From Pseudomonadota bacterium (GTDB lineage: Bacteria; Bdellovibrionota_B; Oligoflexia; Oligoflexales; RGVZ01), in assembly GCA_041178085.1 (NCBI GenBank), contig JBEGVZ010000043.1, positions 39,381-103,380 on the forward strand: DNA of 64,000 nucleotides, in the 5' to 3' direction. A program made the translations under genes and the position numbers. Below are positions 1 to 9,310 of this stretch, piece after piece. Within the stretch, counting starts at the first letter, position 1. Each line of letters starts with the position of its first letter. Under the pieces are notes generated by a model. The model worked only from the letters and a program-made list of their open reading frames with translations. It was not told the DNA's origin and ran no database searches.

Positions 1-285
1 CGGCTCACGGGTTTCGGAATACAAGCTGTAAATGGGAATTCCGCTGCGCCCATCCCTCTGGTGGGAGGTCTCGATCATGTTGTCCTGGGCTGTCCCATAA
101 AATCCATGTTGTGGTCCGAACAAGGCAGACAGACCGCGACCATTCAGATCCTTGAGGGCTTCCCAGGCAGGAATAAAATCCTTTGTAACGGAAGCCTGAT
201 TGCACAAAAGGGCACAGCGACCCCAGCCACGAGCGATCTGCGGCCTGGCAAGCAAAGCCTCCAGGCCAGTCAAAAATGATGACAT
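1..285 (-). CDS. NamZ/YbbC (DUF1343) exo-beta-N-acetylmuramidase family protein, N-terminal part (runs off window start)
   Basis: Not in the ORF track. Manual translation from ATG 285: MSSFLTGLEALL...ALLCNQASV...ALFGPQHGFYGTAQDN...IPIYSLYSETREP, matching the LF(G)P(E/Q)HG and SLY motifs of DUF1343. Confidence 0.8.
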   Translation of the reverse strand, partial: MSSFLTGLEALLARPQIARGWGRCALLCNQASVTKDFIPAWEALKDLNGRGLSALFGPQHGFYGTAQDNMIETSHQRDGRSGIPIYSLYSETREP

Positions 286-306
286 GATGGACTGCCTTTA
301 ATCAGC

Positions 307-606
307 TCAGGTGTGGCGACCCTGGATGCGCTCAATCAGGCCGACCAGACACTCGTTCAGCGTGCGACCGCTAACAGACTCAACAAAAGTGTTGCGATCG
401 GCCGAGTGCTCGCCGTGTCCGGTGAATGAGCCATCTGAATACTCATCAATTTCAAGATGGTAAGTGCTGCCCTTCACCATGAAGGTAAAGGTGTGCGACT
501 TGAAAAGTTTTGCCCCAGGGGGAACCTTGATGTTTTTCCATTCCACTTGCCATTCTCCCGCAGGTCTATTGACCGGCTGCTCGAAGTCCTGAGGAGATTC
601 TAGCAT
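307..606 (-). CDS. hypothetical protein (99 aa)
   Basis: Compact ORF co-oriented with its neighbours; protein-like composition. Confidence 0.65.
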   Translation of the reverse strand: MLESPQDFEQPVNRPAGEWQVEWKNIKVPPGAKLFKSHTFTFMVKGSTYHLEIDEYSDGSFTGHGEHSADRNTFVESVSGRTLNECLVGLIERIQGRHT

Positions 607-623
607 GCACAGTGATGGGGATG

Positions 624-1046
624 CTATGCGGCGCCCTCTGAACCCTCGCTCGCCTGGCTGGCCTGGCGCTGTTGTTCCGCGTAAAGCTTGTCAAGAAACC
701 CACGCAGGACGTTTTCAAACTTGGCGTCAATCTGGACAATCTTGATGCCAATGCCCGGACCGGTTTCTTTTGACGCCGGATCCTCTGGCTGAACGACACG
801 AGCCACCTTGCCGTTGAAAAAGATCGAAGTTCCGTCCGGGAAAGTTAAGCGGACCTCAAGGATGGAAGCTGGATTGAAGGGGAATCGTGACGGGCGGTCG
901 TATTGCAGGAAAAAACCGGTTTGCGAAATGTTCCTGGTGGAAGTCTCGTAAGCCACCATGTCACCCATGGAGTTGATCGAGACTTGCAATGGATCCTTCA
1001 GGCGCATCCTTGCTGTGCGCCGGTTTTCCTTGGATGCTGCAGCCAT
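624..1046 (-). CDS. PilZ domain (c-di-GMP receptor) protein
   Basis: RxxxR (ENRRTAR) and NISQTG motifs, GKVARV, GIGIK. Start placed at ATG 1046. Confidence 0.8.
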   Translation of the reverse strand: MAAASKENRRTARMRLKDPLQVSINSMGDMVAYETSTRNISQTGFFLQYDRPSRFPFNPASILEVRLTFPDGTSIFFNGKVARVVQPEDPASKETGPGIGIKIVQIDAKFENVLRGFLDKLYAEQQRQASQASEGSEGAA

Positions 1047-1171
1047 AAAAAAAACCTCCTGATCCTGGGCCTTCGTGTCGGCAGTCAGATCAGGAGGTTT
1101 ACTCGCAAGAATCAAACCGGAAGCAAAAGGCCTGCAGTTCAGCAGTCTGAACAGCAGCTTGCGGCTCCCGA

Positions 1172-2275
1172 TCAGCCCCTCTTCCTGGAGGCAAGTTCGT
1201 CTTCGATCACGCGACGGAAATCCGCGAACGGAACCGCACCGGGCAATTTCCGGCCATTGATGAAGAACGCGGGCGTACCATTCACACCCAAAGCCATCCC
1301 TGATTTCATGTTGGCATCAATCTGGGCTTCGATTTCACCCGGGTTCTTGATGCATGCCTGCCACTGCTTCATGTCCACACCGGACTTCTTTGCATGCTGC
1401 TCAAGATCCGCGTCAGCCAGTTTTTGCTGGTTATCGAAGATGATCTTGTACATCTGCCAGTACTTGTTCTGCTTTCCTGCGCAGGTTGCCGCGATTGCTG
1501 CTGGGCGGGCACGGTCGTGGAAGCTGAGCGGGAAATCGCGGACGATCCACCTGGCCTTACCCTTGTATTCAGTCATGACCTGCTCTGCCGCTGCCAGTGT
1601 GCGCTTGCAGAACGGGCACTGAAATTCGGAGTACTCGACGATCGTGACAGGGCATTCGTTGCCTGCACAACCTTGCGGGGCAGTTGGATCAATGCCGTCT
1701 TTGATCGCGGCGTAACGCACCTTGTCGTCACTATTGACGGTGATGTTGAAGACCGGCTCCTTGGGGGCTTGCACCATGATCACCAGCTCCTTGGACTTGC
1801 GGCCGGCGTCAACGATCTTCTCAATCGCTTCTTCTTCCTTGCGGCCCCGGAGGTGGTCTCTGACTTGCTTTTCCTGGTCCGCCTTTGGCATCTTGGAAAG
1901 CTGAGGGTGGTCCTTGAACTGCTCAAGAAAGGACTTTAATTCTGCGTCAGATACGACGGCGTTCTTCTCAAAGTGCTCTGCTTTGACCGCCGCCACCGAC
2001 TTCTTGGCTTTCTTGGCTTCTTTCTCCCAGTAATACTCCAGGTACTTTTCGCGAGCCGCCTGCTCAACAAGGCCAAATTTTCTTTTCTCGAGTTCAAAGA
2101 ACTCGCCCTCGTTGGCTTTCTTGACTTCCTTCATGGTCACGACTTTTCCGCCAACCTTGAATGCCGCGTCAGAGTCAGCGGCCAGAGCCGGGCGTACGGA
2201 AGTTAACAGCGCCAGTGTCAGGAACGGCAGCGAGAAGAATAGCTGGAATCGGGACAGTTTTTTTGTTCGGGTCAC
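1172..2275 (-). CDS. DsbA-family thioredoxin-fold periplasmic protein with N-terminal helical domain
   Basis: EYSEFQCPFC active site, DFPLSFH, GVNGTPAFFING; signal peptide after a probable GTG start at 2275. Confidence 0.85.
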   Translation of the reverse strand: MTRTKKLSRFQLFFSLPFLTLALLTSVRPALAADSDAAFKVGGKVVTMKEVKKANEGEFFELEKRKFGLVEQAAREKYLEYYWEKEAKKAKKSVAAVKAEHFEKNAVVSDAELKSFLEQFKDHPQLSKMPKADQEKQVRDHLRGRKEEEAIEKIVDAGRKSKELVIMVQAPKEPVFNITVNSDDKVRYAAIKDGIDPTAPQGCAGNECPVTIVEYSEFQCPFCKRTLAAAEQVMTEYKGKARWIVRDFPLSFHDRARPAAIAATCAGKQNKYWQMYKIIFDNQQKLADADLEQHAKKSGVDMKQWQACIKNPGEIEAQIDANMKSGMALGVNGTPAFFINGRKLPGAVPFADFRRVIEDELASRKRG

Positions 2276-2516
2276 CGGAATTACTCCTGTAGCTAAAACT
2301 TGATGAAAGAGCGCAACACCCAGCATAGTATCAGGAGTCTCGGACCTTTCTAGCCTAAAACTTGCCCGTCCCACCCTGAGCAACCGACCCTCAACCCGCC
2401 AATGAAACCCGGGAAGATCTCGTTTTTTTGGTTTTTGCCAAAAAAAAATTTCTAAAAATGAAACCGCATTTGCCGACTCCTCCTGTGCCCGGCTTGCTGG
2501 GCAAGGAGGCAAAATT

Positions 2517-3290
2517 TTGAACAGGCTCCTGAAAATTCAGGCACTCACATTGGCCCTGCTAGGGACCCCTTGCACGGAACTGTACGCTCAAAGCGCCCCC
2601 AGTTGTACCGGGATCCCGGTTGACGACCCGGCCCCCCCGGTTCTTGTTTGCGAGTTCCCGGATCGCTACCTCTTCCGCATCGCCGGTGAACAGCACGTTT
2701 ATGACAAGGCCGAATGGCGTGCGCGCGCCCGCAGACTCATAACGGACTATGGCGAGGGTGCGGGAATCCCCGCATCAAGCATGGCTGATGGACATGTTAC
2801 CTTCTGGCTTTCTGTGCCGGAATCCGCGCCTGGGGACGCCCATGGGCGGGCCATCGTGACCGCTGGAAAGCACACCTTTGTCGTCAACCTTCCCATCGGG
2901 CTCGACCTCGACCTGGTATCGCGCCAGCAGGTGGCAGATCTGGACACTAAGGAGTATCCGCAATATCTGGGCCATCGCGTCGGCTCGATTCTGGTCAAAA
3001 AAGCTGGGGGATCCAGCGAACAGGAATTCACCCGCTACCTTCAGCAGTGCGGGGCCACCGGCATGGGGGAAACAGCCGGAGGATGGACAAGCGTCTTGAC
3101 GAGGGATTTTGATGAAAACCGGGTCTTGCGCAACCTGACCAAAGATCCACATGGAAAACAGCACGTAGCCGGTGCTACCCTCAACACCATATTTGAATGG
3201 ATCGCCTGGCGGGAGCCTGTCTTCGAGTTTTCCCTCGGAGAAAATCCGGTTCATGTCGAACCAGTGACCCAGGCGGATGACGGGAATTGA
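2517..3290 (+). CDS. secreted hypothetical protein; C-terminal region resembles an S8 protease prodomain
   Basis: Signal peptide; GSILVKK...LTKDP...ATLN pattern; 3 bp gap to orn. Confidence 0.6.
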   Translation: MNRLLKIQALTLALLGTPCTELYAQSAPSCTGIPVDDPAPPVLVCEFPDRYLFRIAGEQHVYDKAEWRARARRLITDYGEGAGIPASSMADGHVTFWLSVPESAPGDAHGRAIVTAGKHTFVVNLPIGLDLDLVSRQQVADLDTKEYPQYLGHRVGSILVKKAGGSSEQEFTRYLQQCGATGMGETAGGWTSVLTRDFDENRVLRNLTKDPHGKQHVAGATLNTIFEWIAWREPVFEFSLGENPVHVEPVTQADDGN

Positions 3291-3293
3291 CTG

Positions 3294-3866
3294 ATGAACG
3301 ACGCCCAGAAGCCGACCGCCGAATCGCACTCCCCGCTTGTCTGGATCGACATGGAGATGAGCGGCCTCGACCCGGAAAAGGATGTCATCCTTGAGGTCGC
3401 AACCATAATCACCAACGAGGCCCTTGAGGTCATTGCAGAAGGTCCAGACTTTGTCTTGTCCCACAACCTGGAACGACTCAAGTCCATGGACGACTGGAAC
3501 CGGGAGCATCACAAGAAGTCTGGCCTCTGGGATGCGGTGCTCGCTTCACAGGTTTCCCTGGCCGAGGCCGAGGAGAAGACCCTGGACTTCATCCGCCAAC
3601 ACACACAGCCGCGGAAAAGCCCTTTGTGCGGCAACTCGATCTGGCAAGATCGCCGTTTTATTTCACGCTACATGCGCCAGATTGACCACCACCTGCACTA
3701 CCGCATGATCGATGTCAGCACCGTCAAGGAGCTGGCCCGCAGGTGGCATCCTTCCATTCTTGATAAAAAAACAAAAAAATCTGGAAACCACCGTGCTCTT
3801 GACGACATACGGGAGAGCATCGAAGAACTGCGATACTACAAAGACCACCTATTTGTTAAACTGTGA
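3294..3866 (+). CDS. orn: oligoribonuclease
   Basis: LVWIDMEMSGLDP, GNSIWQDRRF, HYRMIDVSTVKEL, HRALDDIRESIEELRYY. Confidence 0.97.
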   Translation: MNDAQKPTAESHSPLVWIDMEMSGLDPEKDVILEVATIITNEALEVIAEGPDFVLSHNLERLKSMDDWNREHHKKSGLWDAVLASQVSLAEAEEKTLDFIRQHTQPRKSPLCGNSIWQDRRFISRYMRQIDHHLHYRMIDVSTVKELARRWHPSILDKKTKKSGNHRALDDIRESIEELRYYKDHLFVKL

Positions 3867-3867
3867 A

Positions 3868-4052
3868 GTGGGGCTGGAATACGCCCCATGGACCAGCGGT
3901 CCAGGAAAGGAGGTGGTGCTCATGGGTCAAGGTTGTTGTTCCTGTAGCACGGAGGTGACGGTCTTCTAAATGATTTGACCGTGCCTCCAGGTTCCAAGAC
4001 CGGCCTCCCTCCTTTCGAGTTCGTGTTTGTGGGGGCCGGTTCCTCGATTCAC
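3868..4052 (+). ncRNA. candidate structured RNA (~185-nt imperfect fold-back; 6S-like or regulated micro-ORF mRNA)
   Basis: Nested pairings: 3905-3913 gaaaggagg / 4008-4016 cctcctttc; 3951-3963 / 3977-3988; gccccatggac / gtttgtgggggc; ggaat / gttcc. G-U pairs favour the + strand. Confidence 0.4.
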
Positions 4053-4177
4053 CCGACCACTGCCTCCACCACCCTGAAACCCAAAATCCCAGCAAATTCC
4101 CGGCGAAGCTTGCGTTAGCGTCTTGCCAAGTTGAACAAAAACGGCAAAAACAGCAAGGACCACGGGAGAACCAGACA

Positions 4178-5524
4178 GTGAACAGGAACCATCAAAACCA
4201 GAGTGCCTCCGAATCGACAATCCTATCGCCAATCGATTATCGCGCCCGCATGGAGCGTTGCCTTGAGCTGATTCCGGGTGGCGCGATGCTTGTCCTTTCC
4301 CAGCCTGCCGCCCTGCGCAACAGCAACGTCGAACATCCGTACCGGCAAGATAGCGTGATGCATTACCTCACCGGGTTTGAAGAAGCGGAATCCGCAGTGC
4401 TTCTCCTGTCGAAGGGAGCGCCTGGGGAACGCATGATTCTTTTCTTGAGGGAGAAGGACGCACTCGCGGAATTGTGGGAAGGCCTTCGCCTTGGCACCGC
4501 GGCGGCGCCAGCAAAAATCGGGGTCGACAAGGCTTTCCCCATCAACCAGCTCTGGGAAATGTTGCCGAAGCTGCTCGGAGAATCCGAAACCCTTTATTAT
4601 CATTTTGGCACCAGCCCCCACGATGATGAACAAGTGATCCAGGCAGTGGCCAGGCACAAAAAACTGATCGGCCGGACGCGTGGCTGGCAACTGCCCGTGT
4701 TTGATTCCTGGGGAATTGCCGGGCAATTGCGCCTGCGCAAGACCGCCGTTGAAGTGGAACGCATGCGCGCTGCCGCAGCCATCACCCGGACCACATTCAA
4801 CAAGATTTACGAGACCGTACGCCCCGGCCAGAACGAGCGGGACGTACACGGCCTGATTCTTGGTGAGTTCCTGCGCAATGGCGGCGACATGGAGGCTTAC
4901 GGTTCCATCGTTGCAGGGGGGGCAAATGCCTGTGTCCTGCACTACCGAAGCAACAACATGCCCCTTGCAGAAGGCCAGTTGCTGCTGGTCGATGCCGGCG
5001 CACAACTGCAATATTACGCTTCGGACGTAACGCGAACTTTCCCTGTTGGCAGGCGTTTCACTGCGGAGCAAAAGGCATTGTACGAGATTGTTCTGGCCGC
5101 CCAGGCCGCCGCACTGGAAACAGCAAGGCCGGGCTCCACATTACCCGCAATTCATGAAGCTGGGCTTGATGTGCTCGTCGACGGACTACGCGAAATTCGA
5201 CTCCTCGACGGGTCACGGGATGAAATCAAAACGAAACAAACTTACAAGCGATTCTTCCCACACAACACCAGCCACTGGATCGGCATGGACGTCCATGATG
5301 TCGGGGACTACACCTTGGAAGGCAAGCCCCTGCCGCTGGAACCGGGAATGTACTTCAGCGTCGAGCCCGGACTTTACGTTGATCCGACCGACATGGCTGC
5401 ACCGGAAAGTTTCAGAGGCATTGGCATCCGGATCGAAGATGATGTCCTGATCACTGCGGCAGGACATGAGATCATTACGGCCGGGATTGCCAAATCTGTC
5501 GCTGAACTTGAGAACCGGTATTGA
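4178..5524 (+). CDS. pepP: Xaa-Pro aminopeptidase (M24B)
   Basis: YRQDS..YLTGF N-domain; LHY, DAG, SDVTRTFP, HWIGMDVHDVG, EPGLY, GIRIEDD. Confidence 0.93.
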   Translation: MNRNHQNQSASESTILSPIDYRARMERCLELIPGGAMLVLSQPAALRNSNVEHPYRQDSVMHYLTGFEEAESAVLLLSKGAPGERMILFLREKDALAELWEGLRLGTAAAPAKIGVDKAFPINQLWEMLPKLLGESETLYYHFGTSPHDDEQVIQAVARHKKLIGRTRGWQLPVFDSWGIAGQLRLRKTAVEVERMRAAAAITRTTFNKIYETVRPGQNERDVHGLILGEFLRNGGDMEAYGSIVAGGANACVLHYRSNNMPLAEGQLLLVDAGAQLQYYASDVTRTFPVGRRFTAEQKALYEIVLAAQAAALETARPGSTLPAIHEAGLDVLVDGLREIRLLDGSRDEIKTKQTYKRFFPHNTSHWIGMDVHDVGDYTLEGKPLPLEPGMYFSVEPGLYVDPTDMAAPESFRGIGIRIEDDVLITAAGHEIITAGIAKSVAELENRY

Positions 5525-6948
5525 TGACCGGAACCGCCAGGTTCGCCGGAAATCCGTGGTTCAAGACCGGCGCATGCTGGCTCGCCCTTTCAGCTCCTGC
5601 CATGGCAAGCCCGCGGGCCAGTCAGAATGGTCCATCGTTTATTCTCCAGACCGCTGCGCAAGATTCACCCCAGCGGCCTGCCCTGTCTGCCGCGGGGCTT
5701 CAGGCGTGGGTGAAGACGGAGCATGGATGGCAAGAGGTCCCCGTCCAGGTCGATGAGCGGGACAAGAACGGTGATTACGTCCTTGAAAATGGAATTCCTT
5801 TTACCGCGCACGGGGGCGATGGCCTGCTCAACGGCAGCGATGAAATCGTCTTCGCGTTGCCAGCAGGCAGCATCGATTTTTCCCAAGATCAGGCGATAAA
5901 AAAATTGCAGCAGGCGGGCGCTGGCCTTGAGGGTCGCCGCGCCCTGACGGGCTGGACCGTAAACTTACTCAGCTCGACCTCGGGAGCCAGACAACGCTCA
6001 TTCCAGGTCCTGATCACCAACAATCCCCAATCGCGAAGCCTTCCCCGGCCGCAAGTGACCTTCGATCCAGCAGCACATACCGTGACCACCAGCTCGTACC
6101 GCTATACTTTCAATTCAACGAACCCCGCGGCCGTCGGGGAACTCTCTTTAACACGTTCCAGAACAGAGGGCGGATCAACCAAGGGACAACCGGAATTGCC
6201 TGCAGGCGGAATCAATCAGGGCGGTGGCTTCGCTGTATGGTTGCGACCGCCTTGGGGTTTCCCGGCCCTGCATCGAAGTGATCGTGACCTGAACGGCGCC
6301 ATCGAAAGCTGGCGTGCGGGGCCTGTCAGAGCGATCGTGGCGGTGGGCAGCAGATATTCAGCCTTATGGAGCACGATCAACGCCCATTTATTCAGTGAAC
6401 TGGTTTTCTACCGGGACCGCTTCCAGATTCCGTCGGTGATCGACATCACGTTTTCGCCTGATCGCCTTCTGGGTCATGGTAGTGGCTTCGCTTACGGCAT
6501 GAAGCTGGCAAACTCAGAAACCACCGGTATCCAGCTCAACAAGCGATTCCCTGGCGAGATCAGTGCCCGCCACCCTTCGGGCCTGGTCTTGAGGGCCAGG
6601 ACGGATCCTGCACTTGTCGCGGCGGGGGTGGCGCCAGCGGTGTGGATCGACCCGGGGAAAACCATTTCTGGGAGGCAAAACGTCGGTGACCCGGAGCAGG
6701 ATATTCCTGCGGAAGTAGCTGCCTGGTTTCGGCAAACTTCCGCAAACATAGGGTTTTTTGTGGACATCAGCCGGATGAAGAAAGGCCGCTACGATTTCTC
6801 CCTTGACTTGGAAAGCCAGGGTGAGGCAAACCTGCCCCATACTGATTTCCTGATCTGTAAGTCAGTCTGGACGCCGCTTGATTCCATGAAATCCGCCAAA
6901 ACGGTCGCTCCAGTCCCGAAGCAAGAGTCTAAAGCGCAGCACAAATGA
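5521..6948 (+). CDS. secreted hypothetical protein
   Basis: Signal-like N-terminus; VPVQVDERD...DGLLNGSDEIVF acidic motif; overlaps the pepP stop. Confidence 0.7.
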   Translation: MMTGTARFAGNPWFKTGACWLALSAPAMASPRASQNGPSFILQTAAQDSPQRPALSAAGLQAWVKTEHGWQEVPVQVDERDKNGDYVLENGIPFTAHGGDGLLNGSDEIVFALPAGSIDFSQDQAIKKLQQAGAGLEGRRALTGWTVNLLSSTSGARQRSFQVLITNNPQSRSLPRPQVTFDPAAHTVTTSSYRYTFNSTNPAAVGELSLTRSRTEGGSTKGQPELPAGGINQGGGFAVWLRPPWGFPALHRSDRDLNGAIESWRAGPVRAIVAVGSRYSALWSTINAHLFSELVFYRDRFQIPSVIDITFSPDRLLGHGSGFAYGMKLANSETTGIQLNKRFPGEISARHPSGLVLRARTDPALVAAGVAPAVWIDPGKTISGRQNVGDPEQDIPAEVAAWFRQTSANIGFFVDISRMKKGRYDFSLDLESQGEANLPHTDFLICKSVWTPLDSMKSAKTVAPVPKQESKAQHK

Positions 6949-6995
6949 AAGCCGGCACCCCACAGTGCCCGACACCAGGAAATCTGAGGTAATCC

Positions 6996-7505
6996 ATGCC
7001 CAGCAGGTCCAAAAAGGACGCCAAACCAATGTCCAGTGACGAGGAAAATGTGCACCAGGAAACCCACGCGACCGAATCTTTTTCAGCCCCCGCAACTCCC
7101 AGCGAATCAGACGGCCTGAGCCTTCAGGTATCCAAGGCATTGCGCAAACGCCTCGAGCTCAGCGCACGTGAAGAGGGCGTCAGTGTGGAAGATCTCGCCT
7201 CCGAGCTTCTCGCCGAAGGCCTTGTGCTCCGCGCCTGGGAAATTGTCGAGCGTAAGAGTGCAATGCGCGGCGGCGGCAGCGGCCAGCAGCAACATCAGCA
7301 GCAGCAACGCCAAGGGAACACCCGCCAAGGTCACCAAGGCCACGGCGGAGGAAACAACAAGCAAGGCCACGGCGGAGGCGGCAACAAGCACGGCGGCGGT
7401 CGCATGAACAAGCGCCATGCAGCCCACGCGACGTCCCTGAACCTGATGGAAGACAAAGCGGCGTTTCTGGAATACGTTCGCAACCAAGAGCGCAAGCAGC
7501 GCTGA
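6996..7505 (+). CDS. hypothetical protein with ribbon-helix-helix-like region and G/Q/N/H-rich low-complexity segment
   Basis: RBS gagg upstream; LSLQVSKALRKRLELSAREEGVSVEDLASELL looks like an RHH domain. Confidence 0.75.
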   Translation: MPSRSKKDAKPMSSDEENVHQETHATESFSAPATPSESDGLSLQVSKALRKRLELSAREEGVSVEDLASELLAEGLVLRAWEIVERKSAMRGGGSGQQQHQQQQRQGNTRQGHQGHGGGNNKQGHGGGGNKHGGGRMNKRHAAHATSLNLMEDKAAFLEYVRNQERKQR

Positions 7506-7531
7506 TTCATCTCAAACCAGCTTTCGCACAT

Positions 7532-7566
7532 AAAAAAAACCAGGTCTCGCGACCTGGTTTTTTTTT
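7532..7566. terminator. bidirectional rho-independent terminator
   Basis: A8-ccaggtc-tcgc-gacctgg-T9 between convergent genes. Confidence 0.9.
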
Positions 7567-7584
7567 CCCAAAAGCAACAACTTG

Positions 7585-7995
7585 TTAGTTGTTTGCTTTT
7601 TCCTTGAGAGTCTTCAGCGGGCGAATCTTGACAACGTTGCGGGCCGGCTTGGCCTTGAACATTGTTTCTTCACCGGTGAAGGGGTTGATGCCTTTGCGAG
7701 CCTTGGTTGCCGGCTTGTGAACGCGGGTAACCTTCATGAGGCCTGGGATCGTGAACACGCCCGGACCTTTTTTGCCAATGTCCATTCCCATCATGTCCGT
7801 GAGGGTCTGGAACATCTGGCCGACATCTTTACGGCTCAAGCCGGTTTGAGCGGAAATAACGCTCATGATGTCGCTCTTGGTACGAGCACGAGAAACGCTC
7901 GGGATCGGGCCAACCTTGACAGGCTTTGCAGCCGGTTTCGCCTTACCCTTGGCAACAGTCTTTACGGCCGTCTTCTTCTTTTTCTTTGCCGCCAT
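7585..7995 (-). CDS. HU-family DNA-binding protein with Lys/Ala-rich N-terminal tail
   Basis: TKSDIM...TGLSRKDV, PGLMKV, ARKGINPFTGE...KPARNVVKIRPLKTLKE; ggagg RBS. Confidence 0.92.
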   Translation of the reverse strand: MAAKKKKKTAVKTVAKGKAKPAAKPVKVGPIPSVSRARTKSDIMSVISAQTGLSRKDVGQMFQTLTDMMGMDIGKKGPGVFTIPGLMKVTRVHKPATKARKGINPFTGEETMFKAKPARNVVKIRPLKTLKEKANN

Positions 7996-8078
7996 CTTTT
8001 TTTCTCCTCCATGGATTCAGATGTACGTGATTTAGAAAAGATAGGGCGCAAATATCGAAAAATCAAGGAGCAAACTGA

Positions 8079-9266
8079 TCAATGTGCAGATTTTCCAGAC
8101 GCAGCGCTTTGCCAAGAGGACGGGTGTTCAATCATGAAGCGCACAAGAACGTGACCCAGATGCGTGTCAAACACCTCTGGCGCAAGCCTTTGCTGCATAT
8201 CGCGGATCATGCTGCGGCCCGCTGGATCGAGTGACTCGAAGTATTTTTGCTTCAGCCTGTGGTACTGGCCACTACCGCCTGCTCGCATTTTTTTCAGCTC
8301 ATCCGCAGCCACGAGCCGCATTTTCGCGTGCAAGGTTCCATTCGCTTGTTCAGGGAGGGATGCTTCAACGCCAACATCGGACGCAATCACTGGCACGGAA
8401 AGCACAGGCGGGATAGTGGTCGGAGCCTGCGCACGCTGGGACTCGATCTCCCCGGGGATCTGCCCAGCCCGGGACGGATGCATGGTCCAAAGCACACGCA
8501 GGCACGGAGCGGAGCCACCCGCGCGCGGATGAAAAAGCACCGCACCATCATCGACAGAAGAAGTAATCACGCCGTGCCGGATGAGGCTTCGTCCAAGTCC
8601 AGCCAGGCATTTCAATACACCCGGCAGGGATTGTCCGGACTGCAAAGGAAGATCCATCTGCACGCAACCGTCCAGGCGTACCCAGTTGAATTGCCATCTG
8701 GCGGACGCTTCAAGCACCAGAAGCCAAGACCTTTCCGCTGCGCCCAGTTCCCGCCACAAGGCCGCGGGAAACGTCAGGGCCGGGTGTTCAACACCAGCGC
8801 CTCCAAGAAGGATGCGGTCCATTCCATTTCCGGCAACAAGCCGTGCGCAGTAGCCACTGCCAATTGACTGCGTCCGTTTGAGCAAAATCTCACCCGTGAA
8901 AAACGGCTGGACGGGCTGGGCTTCCAGCGAACCAGCGTGTCCCTCCCGAGACATGAGTCGCAGCCCGAACGCGTGCGCACAAAAGTCGCCTGCCACGTCC
9001 CGCAACTCATCCGGCAGGATGCTCCGCAAGGATGCAAGGTCCAGATGAAACTGCTCCGGACTTGATGGATCACGAGCCCAGGTCCCGATCACCCAGGGCA
9101 GCAATTGAAGCTCGGTTTGGGAAAGCCCCACAGGAGCAAGGCCGCAGGCATATGGGGACAGAATCTCAGCATGACCTGGCACGCATGCGAGGGACGCCGC
9201 AAGCCATGCGGGGATGACCACATTTCCCGGAGGAAACGGCAGATTTGGAACCTGGTTCTCGGACAT
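8079..9266 (-). CDS. hypothetical protein (395 aa)
   Basis: Long ORF in a co-oriented run; no recognised family. Confidence 0.65.
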   Translation of the reverse strand: MSENQVPNLPFPPGNVVIPAWLAASLACVPGHAEILSPYACGLAPVGLSQTELQLLPWVIGTWARDPSSPEQFHLDLASLRSILPDELRDVAGDFCAHAFGLRLMSREGHAGSLEAQPVQPFFTGEILLKRTQSIGSGYCARLVAGNGMDRILLGGAGVEHPALTFPAALWRELGAAERSWLLVLEASARWQFNWVRLDGCVQMDLPLQSGQSLPGVLKCLAGLGRSLIRHGVITSSVDDGAVLFHPRAGGSAPCLRVLWTMHPSRAGQIPGEIESQRAQAPTTIPPVLSVPVIASDVGVEASLPEQANGTLHAKMRLVAADELKKMRAGGSGQYHRLKQKYFESLDPAGRSMIRDMQQRLAPEVFDTHLGHVLVRFMIEHPSSWQSAASGKSAH

Positions 9267-9310
9267 GGCGCAAGGAAAACACAGCCGTGCCCCACCGTCA
9301 ACGCCGAGCC

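Noticed and set aside
5..279. ORF-track calls 5..205(-) and 61..279(+)
   Set aside because: Overlap the better-supported NamZ-like frame 285 to <1.
3868..4177. SRP (4.5S) RNA or tRNA, considered because ffh and ftsY are nearby
   Set aside because: No SRP domain IV motif (CAGG...GGAA..AGCAG) and no tRNA T-loop or cloverleaf seen.
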